From NCBI GenBank assembly GCA_044892525.1, contig CM097885.1, forward strand, positions 19,532,001-19,596,000: 64,000 nt of DNA. Direction: 5' to 3'. The DNA is from Schmidtea polychroa. Taxonomy: Eukaryota. Shown piece after piece: positions 14,693-28,358 of this stretch. The first letter of the stretch is position 1. Each line of letters opens with the position of its first letter. Made by a program: the position numbers and the translations under genes. Below the pieces are notes generated by a model. The model saw nothing but the letters and a program-made list of their open reading frames with translations, was not told the origin of the DNA and did no database searches.

Positions 14693-16920
14693 AAGAACTA
14701 TTAATGAAAAGATTTTTAAAATAATTTAAAAATAATTCAGTTTAAAGTGACCATATAAATATATTTTTTGATTTGACAATATTAGAAAAAGAAACTCACA
14801 TATTTACTACCGATTTCAGTTTTGAAAACTATATAAATTTGAAGCATTTTATTTATTTGAAATTGTGTCAAGAAATTATTTTGTTTTGTTTCTACTTCAT
14901 TATTCTTACAATAAATTACACTTTATAAACTCTCTATTAACTTCACTTTGTATGTATGTTTCAATGTTTGTATGAGTCACGTAAATCTTGTGGCGGCAAA
15001 TTAACCTACTTCCCGTGATTTGATCGACCTGAAATTTGGCAGATAGATTAGTCGTCCAGAACAATGCACTCTTTTAAAATTTCAGATCGATCGAAGGTGC
15101 TATAGAATACTTTTTGAAACATTTCAATTTCATTAATATTTTCAAAATTTCTTTCAAAATATTAATAAAGTGGTCCTTTCAAAGTAATTTCTTAAATAGG
15201 TGATTTTTCATAATATTAAATATTTCATAGCATTGAACACATATTGAAATTTTAATTTTGAGAGAATGTAAAATAAAGAGAAAATATTAAAAATTATATT
15301 TTTACGGTTAGTTTTCTATCAGTTAATTACATTTAAAAAAAATTTAAATGATAATTTAAGCCTTTTGCTGCGAATAATATATTTAATACAAATGAAAGGA
15401 TACAGAAACCTTTTTTAAAACTAATATAAAAAATTAATTTTAATTTTAAAACTAAAAATTGTTTTTATACAAAATATTTAACAAACAAACATCATCCCAA
15501 ATATTAAATATACAAGTTAATTTATTATTTGGGATGATGTTGTTTGTTAAATATTTGTACAAGATTGTTAACAATTTTGTGCGTTTTATTAATATAATTT
15601 TTATATCAAAACGGATCAAAATCACTTGAAAAAGGCAGTGCCGAAAATTTGTGAATATCAAAATGAGAATCGATATATTTACTGATTTCAAGCTTTTTAA
15701 TAAATTACATTTTTATATGATTAAATAAAATGTTTTTTTAAATTTTTATAAAAATATCTTTTTTGATACAGTTTGATTACGATTATTAGTGGTTAATTTG
15801 TTTGAATATTATTATTTTCATTTAGTTGTTATTAATACAACTATTAGTCTGAAGAAGACTGTTAAACGTTGTAATTATATAGAAATGTTATATTTTAATA
15901 TACTTTGTTGGTGATTTTCTATTTATATATACATTGATCTCACCAAAGCTTGCATATGAATCAGTAAATATATCGATGTTTAAAAAGGCAGTGCCGAAAA
16001 TTCGTAATTATCAAAAACATTGAAATATATATATGTTCTATTATTATGTTCAAGAAAATATCCCAAAACCCCTTTCAAATCATAATAAAAATTCATGCTA
16101 ATGACTAAAAATATATAAATATTTTATACTTCGATTTATGCTATATTTTTTGTTTTTATACGGATAAAAGAATATTAAGTGAATGTTTTATTAATATCCA
16201 CCAAAGCAAAGATTTTAATGGGAAAATGTTCCCAATTACTTAGTTCGGAAATCGAATATATTTTGCCCTCTTGAAATTCAGTAACATATTTGTCATCAGT
16301 TAATGGGAAAAAGATATTAAATTCAACAAGGCATAGAATAGAGAAGATTATACCAGTTCATTTGACTGTATGAAATTAATCATATCCCCAATAACGGTTG
16401 ACAGATAACACGCGGGAAAAAACAAAGTTGAACAATGAATTCCCTTTACTACAAAATGAATTTACAATAGATTTGAGTTTGTAATTGAATTCTTTTCGCC
16501 AATTACTTCAAGCTATTACTTTTTTCTGAACAATTTAAAGACCGTGAAACGAAATTATGAAGAAAAGTAATTTTTATTTTCGTTTTTAACAAAATTCATT
16601 TTTTTAGATTCATCCAATCGGAATTGATTTCTCCCCCCCCCCCTAATAAAACGGATAAATTCAATTTTGATCATGTAATAAAAACTATCATTTCCTCGAA
16701 CACAGTTGTTTGAAATATTTTTGTAGAATTTATAAAAATATTATTTGTTTTAATTAATGTCAAGAAAATAATTTAGATATTTTTTTAGTAAAAAAATTCA
16801 TTATCAGCAGCAGAGGATGCTAAGGTTTTTCATGATCAAAGGTTTATGGTAAAAAATGAGATCGAGGAATAGATTATTCGAAAAAATATGCTATTTTTAT
16901 TTATACAAAAATTTTTATAT

Positions 16921-16926
16921 TATTAC

Positions 16927-16996
<70 letters not shown>

Positions 16997-17010
16997 ATTA
17001 TTAATATTAT
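16921..17010. repeat. (ATT)n microsatellite
   Basis: Directly visible. Confidence 0.95.
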
Positions 17011-17237
17011 CGTTAGCGACGTTTCGTTACTGTAAATATTTATACCAAATTTATTATATCATATATTAAATCGTATGTGTATGATTGCAGTATGTTGACA
17101 TCACTCAGAATATGAAAACACATTATTGAACTATTGAATTAAGTTTTATTTGTAGTTTGTTTTAATAATAAATATTGAGAAAATCTTTTGAATAATCGAA
17201 AGTTATTATTATGAATAAAAATAAGCATTTAATTAAT

Positions 17238-17240
<3 letters not shown>

Positions 17241-17285
<45 letters not shown>

Positions 17286-17310
17286 CATAATAATAATCAT
17301 AATAATAATC

Positions 17311-17388
<78 letters not shown>
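17241..17388. repeat. (AAT)n microsatellite
   Basis: Directly visible, with CAT interruptions. Confidence 0.95.
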
Positions 17389-17389
<1 letters not shown>

Positions 17390-18139
17390 AACAAGAAATG
17401 AGTTATCTATTTGGTTGAATAACAATCTCTGAATTATAGACATGCTATGGAATATTAATATTTTGCTGAGAATTCAAGATTTTATCTGTTTTAAAAAGGG
17501 ACTTGAGTCGATTTGGTAATTAAGTAGTAAAATTTAGGAACTGCTTGGGAAATTGTGTGATCAAACACGCCGAAGATGAACCAACCTTTTATGATTTAGA
17601 AAGTCTCATATTATCAGTAAAATCTTTTTCTTTAGCCAACATATATCAAAACAGCTTATATATTTTCTTTCTTCAATAATAATAGATAGATAAAGGGGTG
17701 GATGCATTTAATTTAATGGCCAAACATTTATAAAAACAAGAAAAATATTCAAAAATAATGTTTTGTAATATTTTTATGTAATTACAAAAAGAAGGTTGCT
17801 ACAAAATGGATCCAAAACGTTCGAAACCGTGAATATAAGCCCCATATAACAAGAGTAGACAATACCTTATAAGACTTATGATCAAATATTCAAATATAGT
17901 AAAATCTTTTAATTTTAATTTCAAAAGTGGTCCAAATTAGAATAATTTATTAAATAAGTAAAAAAGCTAAATCTTAGTCAATATATTGAAATTAGATGGC
18001 AATTGGTCAATATTTTTTAATATTACTACTTTGTTGCCTCGCAATTGGTTATAAATAATTTTTAATAAATTGTGAAAATTAAAAACAAAATTTTGTCATC
18101 AAAAATTAAATCACTGTCAAGTCTATTTTATTTTATCCA

Positions 18140-18610
18140 TATAGCCCCAAGTTTTATTGGTCTTCCAAAACTTACCAGTTTGTTATTTTCTTTTATAGAA
18201 ACAAGACTCCAGTTTCTTACCTTTCATTACAAGGTTCGTATAATAAGCTAAACCTTTTAAAGAACATCACGTATCTTAGGAATCTGACTTCATTAGTATG
18301 AAACCTGTTCTCGAGGTATCCTATGGCTAAACTCAGACCATTAAATACTTAATGATTGCAACTTGTTTTGTGTAAATGGATTTTGTAGATTATATTTATA
18401 ATGTCGGTTATTATTGGCCTGAGTATTGCACAGTGAATTGTGATGAATTTCAAAGCATTTGTATTGTGTGTGCAGGGTTTTAGGGAACCAAAGGTTTAAG
18501 TCACATATTAAATTTCACCTTAAAATATGACTTTATCCTACCAAAAGTTCTAGGTTCTGTGAATTCTCTCTTCATAACTGGTCGTTTTAGTAAAGAATAT
18601 TTCCGGTGTT
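18140..18610 (-). pseudogene. Highly decayed Tc1-like transposase
   Basis: Minus strand gives W*DKVIF*GE (cf. W-x-x-V-I-F-S-D-E) and other weak DDE-like fragments. Confidence 0.4.
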
Positions 18611-19046
18611 TAATTTGATAAGGATAAAAAAGTATGTTTGTTAATATTTATTTAATGTTATTTTCAAATTTCTTTATTTTTATTTCTTTTCACTGATCAA
18701 TATTTTTATTTATTTAACATAAATCTTTTTAAATAAATTCATTACAAAAGATTTGGAAAACATTTTGCAGAAAACTTGTGAAAAATGAATAAAAAATAAT
18801 GATCTAATTCAGTGTTATGAAAGCCCATTTAAACAAATACTAACTTTTCTGAGATCAGGTTTTCCAGTCCTGGTGGAACTTTTAATAAAAATATTTTAAT
18901 ATTTACAAAATGTACGAATAAATTTAACTTCATTTTTTGGTTTATTTGAATTTCGTTAATATAGATTTTTACATAAACCAATGCCCCAGTTCTCTTTATC
19001 ACTCAACGAACTGCAGGAGCTCCAAGGTCTTACGATAGATCATTAA

Positions 19047-19221
19047 CCCATTATGGCCCAGATATTTTTTAATTTTGTTTTGCAGAAATAGATAAACTTG
19101 ATAATATCGGTGATAGTCAAATGACGACAGTGAGTATTAAAAGTAACTAAAAAATTAATATTATGGACATTCAAAATATAAACAATAGAGTCGTCATTTG
19201 ACTACCATGGGTGCTAATGGG
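19047..19221. mobile_element. piggyBac-type MITE
   Basis: TTAA|cccatta ... taatggg|TTAA, with an internal inverted repeat tagtcaaatgacgac / gtcgtcatttgacta. Confidence 0.8.
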
Positions 19222-19948
19222 TTAATTACCTAAACTAAGTTACCTAATTTAAATGAAGATAAGGCAATTGAAGTCTTTTACATAATTTATTTTTGTTGAA
19301 TTAAATAATACAAATAAACAGTAAAGAATTGGTGAAATTCTATAAAATGTAAAATATTGAAACCATTCAATTAAGTTACCCGTGACATTGTCTCCATATT
19401 TAAAAGACGTAGACCATAATTAATTAAAATTTAATTGCGGAAAAGTTAAAATATTTACTAAGGTTTCAATCAAATTTATTCTTGGACTAATTAATAAAGA
19501 TATTTTTAAGAATTTCAATTATTTTTTCTTATTCGTCTTTCCAGATTTAGTTGGAAGGTTTAGTTTATTATTCTTTAATAATTTAATATTTCTAAAGCTT
19601 CTAAATAATAATATTTACTTGTTTATTATTTACTTGAAGTTATTTATATTTTATTTAGTATTATAATGATTTTATAAATTTATTTTTTCATTATTATTAT
19701 TGTTGTGAAGATTTCTTGGTGACAGCATTAATTAAATGTTAAACAAGTAAATAATAATATAAATCTTTTGCTTCAAAGTATATATTGAATAAAATTAAAA
19801 AAATTCGATTATAAAAATAATTTTTACCAATTCTTGTCAATTAATAAGAATTATTTTTATAATCGAAAATTATTTAATACGTACTTTGCAGAAAAAGACT
19901 TATATTACAATTTACTTGTTTATTAATAATAATAATCATAATATTATT

Positions 19949-20686
19949 TGAATAAGTCCAATAACAATTATCAAAATTTTATTTCCCGCCTCTACAGGGC
20001 CGCGTGGATCAGTTTTGAATAATACCAGTTTGTCCATTTCAATGTCATGTCCAATGTCAGATTTTACTCGAGCTGCTTCCATTTGTGCACGATAAACTTG
20101 CGATCGACAATCAGGGATCATACCAATCATAACACCTCCAGTACTTTCAGTAATATTAAACGATCTCGTAGCTGAACTCGTCTCAATCATTTTATCGGGA
20201 ACTTTTCCTTGGAAAACAGTATAAATGAGATCGCCTTTCACAAAGTTAATATTTTGAAAAGATGTAAGACAGAATTTCTGATCACAACCTACATCACATC
20301 GCAAATTCATTTCGACCGCCATTCTTTGAATTTCATTCATCATAATCTAACCGATTTCAATTCCAAATACCTTCCAAAATCGCCGTTTAAACCACAATCA
20401 ATTTAAAAACAACTCCAGAAATCACAACAAAATTAAATCCAGTTTCTACAACAATTAATTTTAAACTACAAACCAAAATTTAGAACAATTCACCACCAAA
20501 TCAATGATTTCTACAAAAACTAAATCAAAATTATACTTACAAAATACCAAACCTACCAACTCTTCGCGTCTGTGTGCGCACACCAACCAGAATCGGTCTA
20601 ACCAGACCGCGCACACAGACGCGATAGAAAAAAGGCATGCAACGAACTGCCAGTCAGAGGCAATCCCCCTCTGACTGGTCGAAACA
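19949..20686 (-). repeat. 3' LTR of the BEL element (738 bp)
   Basis: Near-identical to 23681-24573 apart from two missing 78-bp units, one substitution and one 1-bp indel that I could see. Confidence 0.95.
19999..20268 (-). pseudogene. Proteasome alpha1 (PSMA6-like) fragment within the 3' LTR
   Basis: QGKVPDKMIETSSATRSFNITESTGGVMIGMIPDCRSQVYRAQMEAA...FKTDPRG aligns by eye to PSMA6 [47 protein letters not shown]...YKCDPAG. Confidence 0.85.
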
Positions 20687-20698
20687 TTTCCCCCCTCC
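20687..20698 (-). other. Polypurine tract
   Basis: GGAGGGGGGAAA on the minus strand immediately before the 3' LTR. Confidence 0.9.
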
Positions 20699-20955
20699 TT
20701 GATCCCTTCTAGCGGATCAACCACCCATTTACTTTAGGGGAACCTTTCTTTTTGCATATCTCCAATACCTCTCACACACCCATCTTTCTATTGTATAGGC
20801 CGCCGCACCACGCACCTTTTTCTCCTCCCACCATCGCCATACTCGGCCAAGCCCCTGTCACTGTTCATTCTGCTTAGGTTCAATATCTCCATTCTTCTTC
20901 CTTCATTCTTCGCCAATTCAATAGTCCCCACTTTTCCCTGTTGCATTTCATTTAA

Positions 20956-22155
20956 TTAAGGGGAACCAGGTGAATAGTCTTCAATGATATCATCTAAAGC
21001 AGACGTTGGTTGAGTGAATGTATTTTGTTCAGAATCTTTAGCTGTGTCGGATGTATGACAATTAACAATATCGACTCTAAGATCACTGTCATTGCTCTCA
21101 GAATCTGGCATAATTCGATCAGTTTCTAAATGATTTTCTGAGGAAGCAGAATCCGCTTGAATATTAACTACGTCTTCCATGTTTTGAAAATTATCTACTA
21201 CCAAAGAATTCGGTCTTTCGATAACATTAATGTCGACAACATCTGTGCCTAAATAACTATTATGATTTTCATTCTTGTCTGACACATCTACTTCAGTTTC
21301 ATCATATTTACTTTCAAAATTTTCTTCTTAATTGTGAGTTTTGACAATATTTTCTGATTCATCTGCTGTAACTTGGTCTCCTTTATCAAAATCTTTGTCT
21401 AATAGTTCAGTATTATTTTTTACAAATTCAGAATAATTATTCTCGTTCTCATTGACTCGATTTTGCTCTATTTCATCTTGATTTATAATATCGTTAGATT
21501 GTAAATTATCCCATTCATTGCTTTCACTATCTCCATCTTCGCTAGCATTTTTGTTTTCATGTGTTTCATCATTTTCATCACATTCTTTAATATAATCCAT
21601 TTCTTCAGAATTATCTACATCATGAATAATCATTTCTCCGTCATTTTCATCTTTATTATTTTCGATATCTGAATCCTTTTTTGAATCGGAAGGATTTATT
21701 ACATCTATGGAATCTATTTCGTTATTCTCAAGGAAATTTTGTGGATTACCGTCATCTTGAGTAATATGCTTTAATTCATCACAATCCTTTATTTTGTCAT
21801 AATTGTTAAATGGGTTTTGATTAAAATTAGATTCGTCAGTTCCTCCAAAATGGAATATTTGCCCATCTAAATGACTCTGAGCTCCTTGCTCCTCATTAGA
21901 TGTCTTACTAATGTCGAGTTTTGTGTCCTCAATTCCCCGCAATGCATGTAACTCGTCATTTAACATTTTCGTTACTGCAAAATAACTCCGAGCCAAATGC
22001 GAACCTCTTGGAGCTTGATTTCTTGCAATTGGTTTTCTCTCCATGAAGTTTGTGAACTTCTTCAATTTCCCCACATCCTTCCTACTCTCTGGAATTCTCT
22101 CCCCAAACAATATATTCAAGGCTTTTCGATGCCTATCGGCTTCTTGTTGATCCAA
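20956..22155 (-). pseudogene. Gag tail running into a D/E/N-rich coding segment that replaces pol
   Basis: ORFs 21328-22155 and 20956-21285 are in the same frame, separated by one TAA; no protease, RT or RNase H motifs. Confidence 0.7.
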
Positions 22156-23027
22156 TCGGCTAGAGTTTGTACATTTCCTTCTCTCCCCGAATCACAATGG
22201 CGTGACCACTGAATCAGCATGGTCTCTGGCAACTTCTTCAGCAGTTGATGATACAACATTCTGTTGTTCAACTCGCCTTCCCTCTTCTGTTCCTTGAAAT
22301 TCAGGATGAGGTTTCCCAGCAGCTCTTCAAACCGCTCTAGGTCCTCCAGTACGTTGAGCCTCACTGGAAAAAACCTCTGCACCGCGTCCAGCATCATTGA
22401 ATAGGATCTTTCTGGTCCCCCATACCTCTCATCCAGTAATTTCATCGCCGCCTCGAAAGCCTGCGAGCCATATCCAATATAGGCAATCAATTGCAACGGC
22501 TTCCCTTCCAAGTACTGTCTCAGGTACAAGTACTTTCTCTCACTCGGCTCATCTGTGTCCTCGATGCAGGCTCTCACAATTGCCCTCCATCCAGGATACT
22601 CCATTACCTTTCCATTAAATATCGGCAGCTGTAAGGGTTTCAATCCCATTATGAACTTCGGTTTTTCATTGGGCTCTTCATTCCTAAATGATTTCTCTGG
22701 GACCTTCCGCGACTCTACTCTAAAACTTTCTTCCTTCTGCGTGAGGACCAGATCACCGATTCTGCTAAAATCCGCTTCTATTCGTCTCAGATCTGCCTCA
22801 ATTTCCTTCGCTTCTTTCTCCCGTCCTAACTCCAGAGCATTATTCTTCAGCTTCTCAAATTCGTTCATGACTTCCTCATACTTGTCTTCGTATGCCTCCA
22901 TTCTCCTTTGTTCTTCCCCATGGTCCGATCCATCTCCTAAGGCCCGGTTACGTAGACGCCCTAACGAAATCTTCCACCCGGTTCGTCTTTTGTAACCGGC
23001 CTCGAACTCAGCATCTGATACTGGACT
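22116..23027 (-). pseudogene. gag: BEL/Pao Gag (DUF1759-like), frameshifted near 22145
   Basis: Coiled-coil N-terminus, [27 protein letters not shown] and LLDERYG motifs typical of BEL/Pao Gag. Confidence 0.88.
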
Positions 23028-23492
<465 letters not shown>

Positions 23493-23662
23493 CTAATAGG
23501 GTTAGGGAGGGCAGGCCTTAGGGGAAATGTTTCAAACAAATCAATACATGTCAATACATATAATATGATAAAAATACAATACATATTACATATATATATA
23601 ATACAATACAAATAAAAGACAAACAATATATGTAACATACCTTGTTCCGGCTGGCTAGCCGG

Positions 23663-23680
23663 AACCACGCTCTGCTACCA
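23663..23680 (-). other. Primer-binding site, complementary to initiator tRNA-Met 3' end
   Basis: TGGTAGCAGAGCGTGGTT directly after the 5' LTR; metazoan tRNAiMet ends ...CUCUGCUACCA. Confidence 0.85.
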
Positions 23681-24573
23681 TGAATAAGTCCAATAACAAT
23701 TATCAAAATTTTATTTCCCGCCTCTACAGGGCCGCGTGGATCAGTTTTGAATAATACCAGTTTGTCCATTTCAATGTCATGTCCAATGTCAGATTTTACT
23801 CGAGCTGCTTCCATTTGTGCACGATAAACTTGCGATCGACAATCAGGGATCTTGTCCATTCCAATGTCAGATTTTACTCGAGCTGCTTCCATTTGTGCAC
23901 GATAAACTTGCGATCGACAATCAGGGATCTTGTCCATTCCAATGTCAGATTTTAATCGAGCTGCTTCCATTTGTGCAAGATAAACTTGAGATCGACAATC
24001 AGGGATCATACCAATCATAACACCTCCAGTACTTTCAGTAATATTAAACGATCTCGTAGCTGAACTCGTCTCAATCATTTTATCGGGAACTTTTCCTTGG
24101 AAACCAGTATAAATGAGATCGCCTTTCACAAAGTTAATATTTTGAAAAGATGTAAGACAGAATTTCTGATCACAACCTACATCACATCGCAAATTCATTT
24201 CGACCGCCATTCTTTGAATTTCATTCATCATAATCTAACCGATTTCAATTCCAAATACCTTCCAAAATCGCCGTTTAAACCACAATCAATTTAAAAACAA
24301 CTCCAGAAATCACAACAAAATTAAATCCAGTTTCTACAACAATTAATTTTAAACTACAAACCAAAATTTAGAACAATTCACCACCAAATCAATGATTTCT
24401 ACAAAAACTAAATCAAAATTATACTTACAAAATACCAAACCTACCAACTCTTCGCGTCTGTGTGCGCACACCAACCAGAATCGGTCTAACCAGACCGCGC
24501 ACACAGACGCGATAGAAAAAAGGCATGCAACGAACTGCCAGTCAGAGGCAATCCCCCCTGACTGGTCGAAACA
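23681..24573 (-). repeat. 5' LTR of the BEL element (893 bp) with PSMA6-like ORF and a 3x78-bp repeat
   Basis: ORF 23551-24231 starts in the LTR, contains three IPDCRSQVYxAQMEAARxKSDIG units and reads through the PBS. Confidence 0.95.
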
Positions 24574-24587
24574 TTATTATTGTTTTA

Positions 24588-24774
24588 TAAGAACCTTTTA
24601 CCCAATTTTACCACTGATTTTTTTTCCATTGAATTTATTAAAAAGAGCTTGAAGACTGTATATCAGTAAATATATCGATGATTTTGATATATTACTGATT
24701 AATAGTGTTCAAGCTCTTTTTAATAAATTCAATGGGAAAAAAATCAGTGGTGAAATTGGAAAAAATTTCTTATA
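24588..24774. repeat. Foldback copy of the dispersed repeat family
   Basis: About 85-bp inverted arms around a short loop. Confidence 0.8.
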
Positions 24775-26307
24775 ATATTATTATTGTTATTGTTATTATT
24801 ATTATTTATTTCATATCATGTTTTAAACTTAATCCTATCCGGATGTGAATATAAGTTCGTATACTGGATTAATTTATTATATTTTAAAACATTCAATAGT
24901 TTTTACATATGTCAATAATTGACAATCATATATTTTGCAGATAAAAAAATTAATATATTGAAAACTTGACGAGCACACTCATTTTATTAAATATGCACAA
25001 TAATCACTAATAGAAGCAACTAGAACATCTTCTAAAATATTTTTTAAATCAGGTTCAAAAGATAACGTCATAATAACAAGTATTTATTTAATGAAATATT
25101 GGTTAATTTTCAAACAAATTTTCAGCCTTGAATAAATATTTTCAGGTTAATTTATTAAACTTTTCGATATTTAAAATGTATTTATTTAAAAATTATTTCC
25201 TATTAAAACATATTTAAAAAATTAGTTATATAAAATTTTTTCGTAATAAAATCTCTTTAATTTAAAATTTATTTTAAAACTTATTTAAATGTCCATTATT
25301 TTCATTTAAAATTATTTTAATAAATTATTGATATATTCAATTCTCAGCTGAAGACATCTTACAATCACAATTATTTATTAATATTATTTATTATTGTCTA
25401 TTTACTATAGAGAATAGAAAAACCGAATAAAAAGTCAATAAAAAAATTAACTATCTTGATTTGCGTGTATTTTATATTATGTGTGCTGTGTTTGTATGTA
25501 AAATTATTCTTCTGTCACTTTCTCAATTCGGAACATTAAATTTTCGCACACAGGTAAGTTTGTGTGTCCTATATTATAATTTTATCGATTTATTTAGATT
25601 ATAGAAACTTTTAACTTTCGGAATTAGGTGTAAAACCTCACTCGTCTATAGAAAATAAAAAATATCCCTTTATATTATTAGACAATGTTTAGTTTGAATG
25701 AAGATATTCTTAAAAAAGAGAATTTACACAATTTAATAATTACTTTTTAATATTGACCTATCAAAGATTATTTTTCCGTGTAAAAATTCATCATTTACCT
25801 AACGAAATGAGGAAATAAACTACATTTCAGTTTAGGTTCGGATTCTGTTCCATTAATGTTTCATTAATATTTGACTGGCTCTTGATAAATGCTGTACGGA
25901 AAATTTGTGATTATCCTTAAGAATTTGATTGATCTATTGCTATTTAATAATGAGAATTTATTAATATTCACTTTTTATTTTTATTATAGTTTCACTTATT
26001 TCAAACATAAAAAGAAATTTTACTTTTGATTAAATATATGATAAAGATCAAATATAATTTTAAAACTTCAATTATTTTTGTTTCTATTTCGTTATGATTC
26101 TAAAGAAAATTCAACTAAATTCCATTTATTATATTTTACGAAATATATAATCTCACTAATGAACTAGGCATAGCAGAATGAAAATTATTAGAACAAATGA
26201 ATAATTGAAATAACCTGATTTACATTAGGCTTATATGTTTTGAGTAGAAATATATTTTTCTTATATAATATCTTTTCCAATTTATTATAATGATGATAAT
26301 TTAATAT

Positions 26308-26338
26308 AATAATAATAATGATATTAATAATAATGATG

Positions 26339-26428
<90 letters not shown>

Positions 26429-26455
26429 GTAATAATATTAATAATAATAATAATA
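26308..26455. repeat. (AAT)n microsatellite
   Basis: Directly visible. Confidence 0.95.
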
Positions 26456-27687
26456 TTAAACAACTAAATTATAAGATAAATTTTTGTTATGTAAAATAAA
26501 ACTATATATTAAATTGAAAAGTTTTAGATTATCGGAAAGTCCTTTTTAATTTCTCAAAATATAGTTGTTTCGATTTTTAAATGCTTTTTGGTCTTCTTAT
26601 ATAAGTTCATTTTAAATTCATTACTTACGTGATTAACACTTAATTTATGCTGCTATCAATAAATCATCATTTAAAAATAAAAAAAAATAAAAATAAATTA
26701 TAATAAAAATAATAATAATAATAATATTAATAATATAAGAACTTTTTTTTCCAGTATCACCGTGGATTTCTTTTCCATTGACATTGTATTTATTAAAACG
26801 TTTGACTATGAATCAGTAAACTTTTATTTACTGATTCATAGTCAAATTTTTTAATAAATACAATAATAATAACAATAATAATAATAATAATGACAAAATA
26901 AATCTTCCTGCTTAATTTTTTGGCATCTCTCTTCGTGCAATTTATTGATAAATATCTACAGAAATTTCATGAATTTAATCCATATTTAATTGAAATATTC
27001 TAAATTATTCATTTTCTGAGAATATCTTTTTTTATAAAATTTTTATACAATTCAGTATGACCAGGAATAACCAGGATAAACCTTTTCATTGATTTCAAAA
27101 AGGCGTTCAATGAAAACAAATACTGCTTATTGAGTAACAATAAAGAAAGTCTAAAGAATATAAATTGATATTAGTTTTAAAAATGACCCCTTCGTCTTAA
27201 CACTAGGCTAGAGCCAGAATTAATGCACGTTGCAAATTCATTCTACAATTCAAAATTAAATATTTTATTGGTAACATAAAGACAAAACCATTTATAAACA
27301 AAACATGTTGAAGAATTTAATGGAAATGAAATTAGAGCTAAAAACTAAAAATTGAAAGCTTTAATGATTTGAATAAGTTTGTCCAAGTTATTTCTGGTCA
27401 TCTTCTATAACCAGTGATGAGATGAATGCAGCTTGATCTGAACTATACAAGCCGATTATTAATTATTTTATGAATATAAGATCCAACTGTTAAACCTATT
27501 CAAATTATGCAATAATATTCAATTGCCACAAAATGTAATAACTTATAAATAATTGTTATGTAATAGTACAAAGATTCTCTAAGGCTGCATTACTAATCCC
27601 TTACATAACAAACCATAAAAGTATTACTATATCACAATAATGGAACTTTTAAATCTTATATATATAATTGTGAATGTATGTATGTAT

Positions 27688-28358
27688 TGTTGCGTTAGCG
27701 CAAAACCAAAAAATTCATATATAAGAGAAAAGCATAAAAAATGGGTGATCAATAAAAGTGCAAGGTTAATTAAAATTTACTAAAAATCGAAAATCAATAT
27801 TGAATATCGGGTATGGTTGAATGGCAAATTGATAGACGAGTTCAGAAATTATAGTGAAAATTTAATAAGGTGTTCACAGGGAAAGTTAATACAAAATGTC
27901 AAATTAATTAAAATTAATTAATCGGTAATGGAAAACCCGAGCCAATGGGACATTCGAGCGCTAAAGAAAACCCACTGCCAGTGAGACCCGAGCTATAAGA
28001 TAAATAGAGGGAAAGTTTTAAGCCATAATCAAGGGTAAACAAATTAAAATAACCAAAAAACCCTCAAATATCGATTTAGGATTTTCGAGAAAAGAATTAA
28101 GCTCAATTTTCTAGATAATTGGCCTCTAATAAACAATATTTAAGGAGAGCTCAGAAGTGAACAAGCCGCCAGTTGGTCGAAGAGAAAAAAAGGAGAAAAG
28201 AGAAGCACTGAAAACAAGGAGAGGAAGGTGCAAATAGTGACAAAGTGTAATTGTCATTAAGATTGAAAAAAATTATTCTTTGTTGGGTTTGATTTATTTG
28301 GTTGAATAAGAACACAAGGAGTCAGAGAGAGGACCGACTTTTAAATAAAAACCCAACA
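27688..28358. mobile_element. Solo LTR, 4-bp TSD GTAT, nested in the Helitron
   Basis: tgttgcg ... aaaacccaaca; GTAT at 27684-27687 and 28359-28362; aatggaaaacccgagc motif shared with 5467-6867. Confidence 0.8.

Noticed and set aside
17211..17432. Poly-Asn ORF, and poly-Ile/Leu ORFs at 26188-26463 and 42933-43242
   Set aside because: They are translations of (AAT)n microsatellites.
23663..23680. tRNA gene
   Set aside because: Only 18 nt matching a tRNA 3' end including CCA, adjacent to an LTR; it is a PBS.
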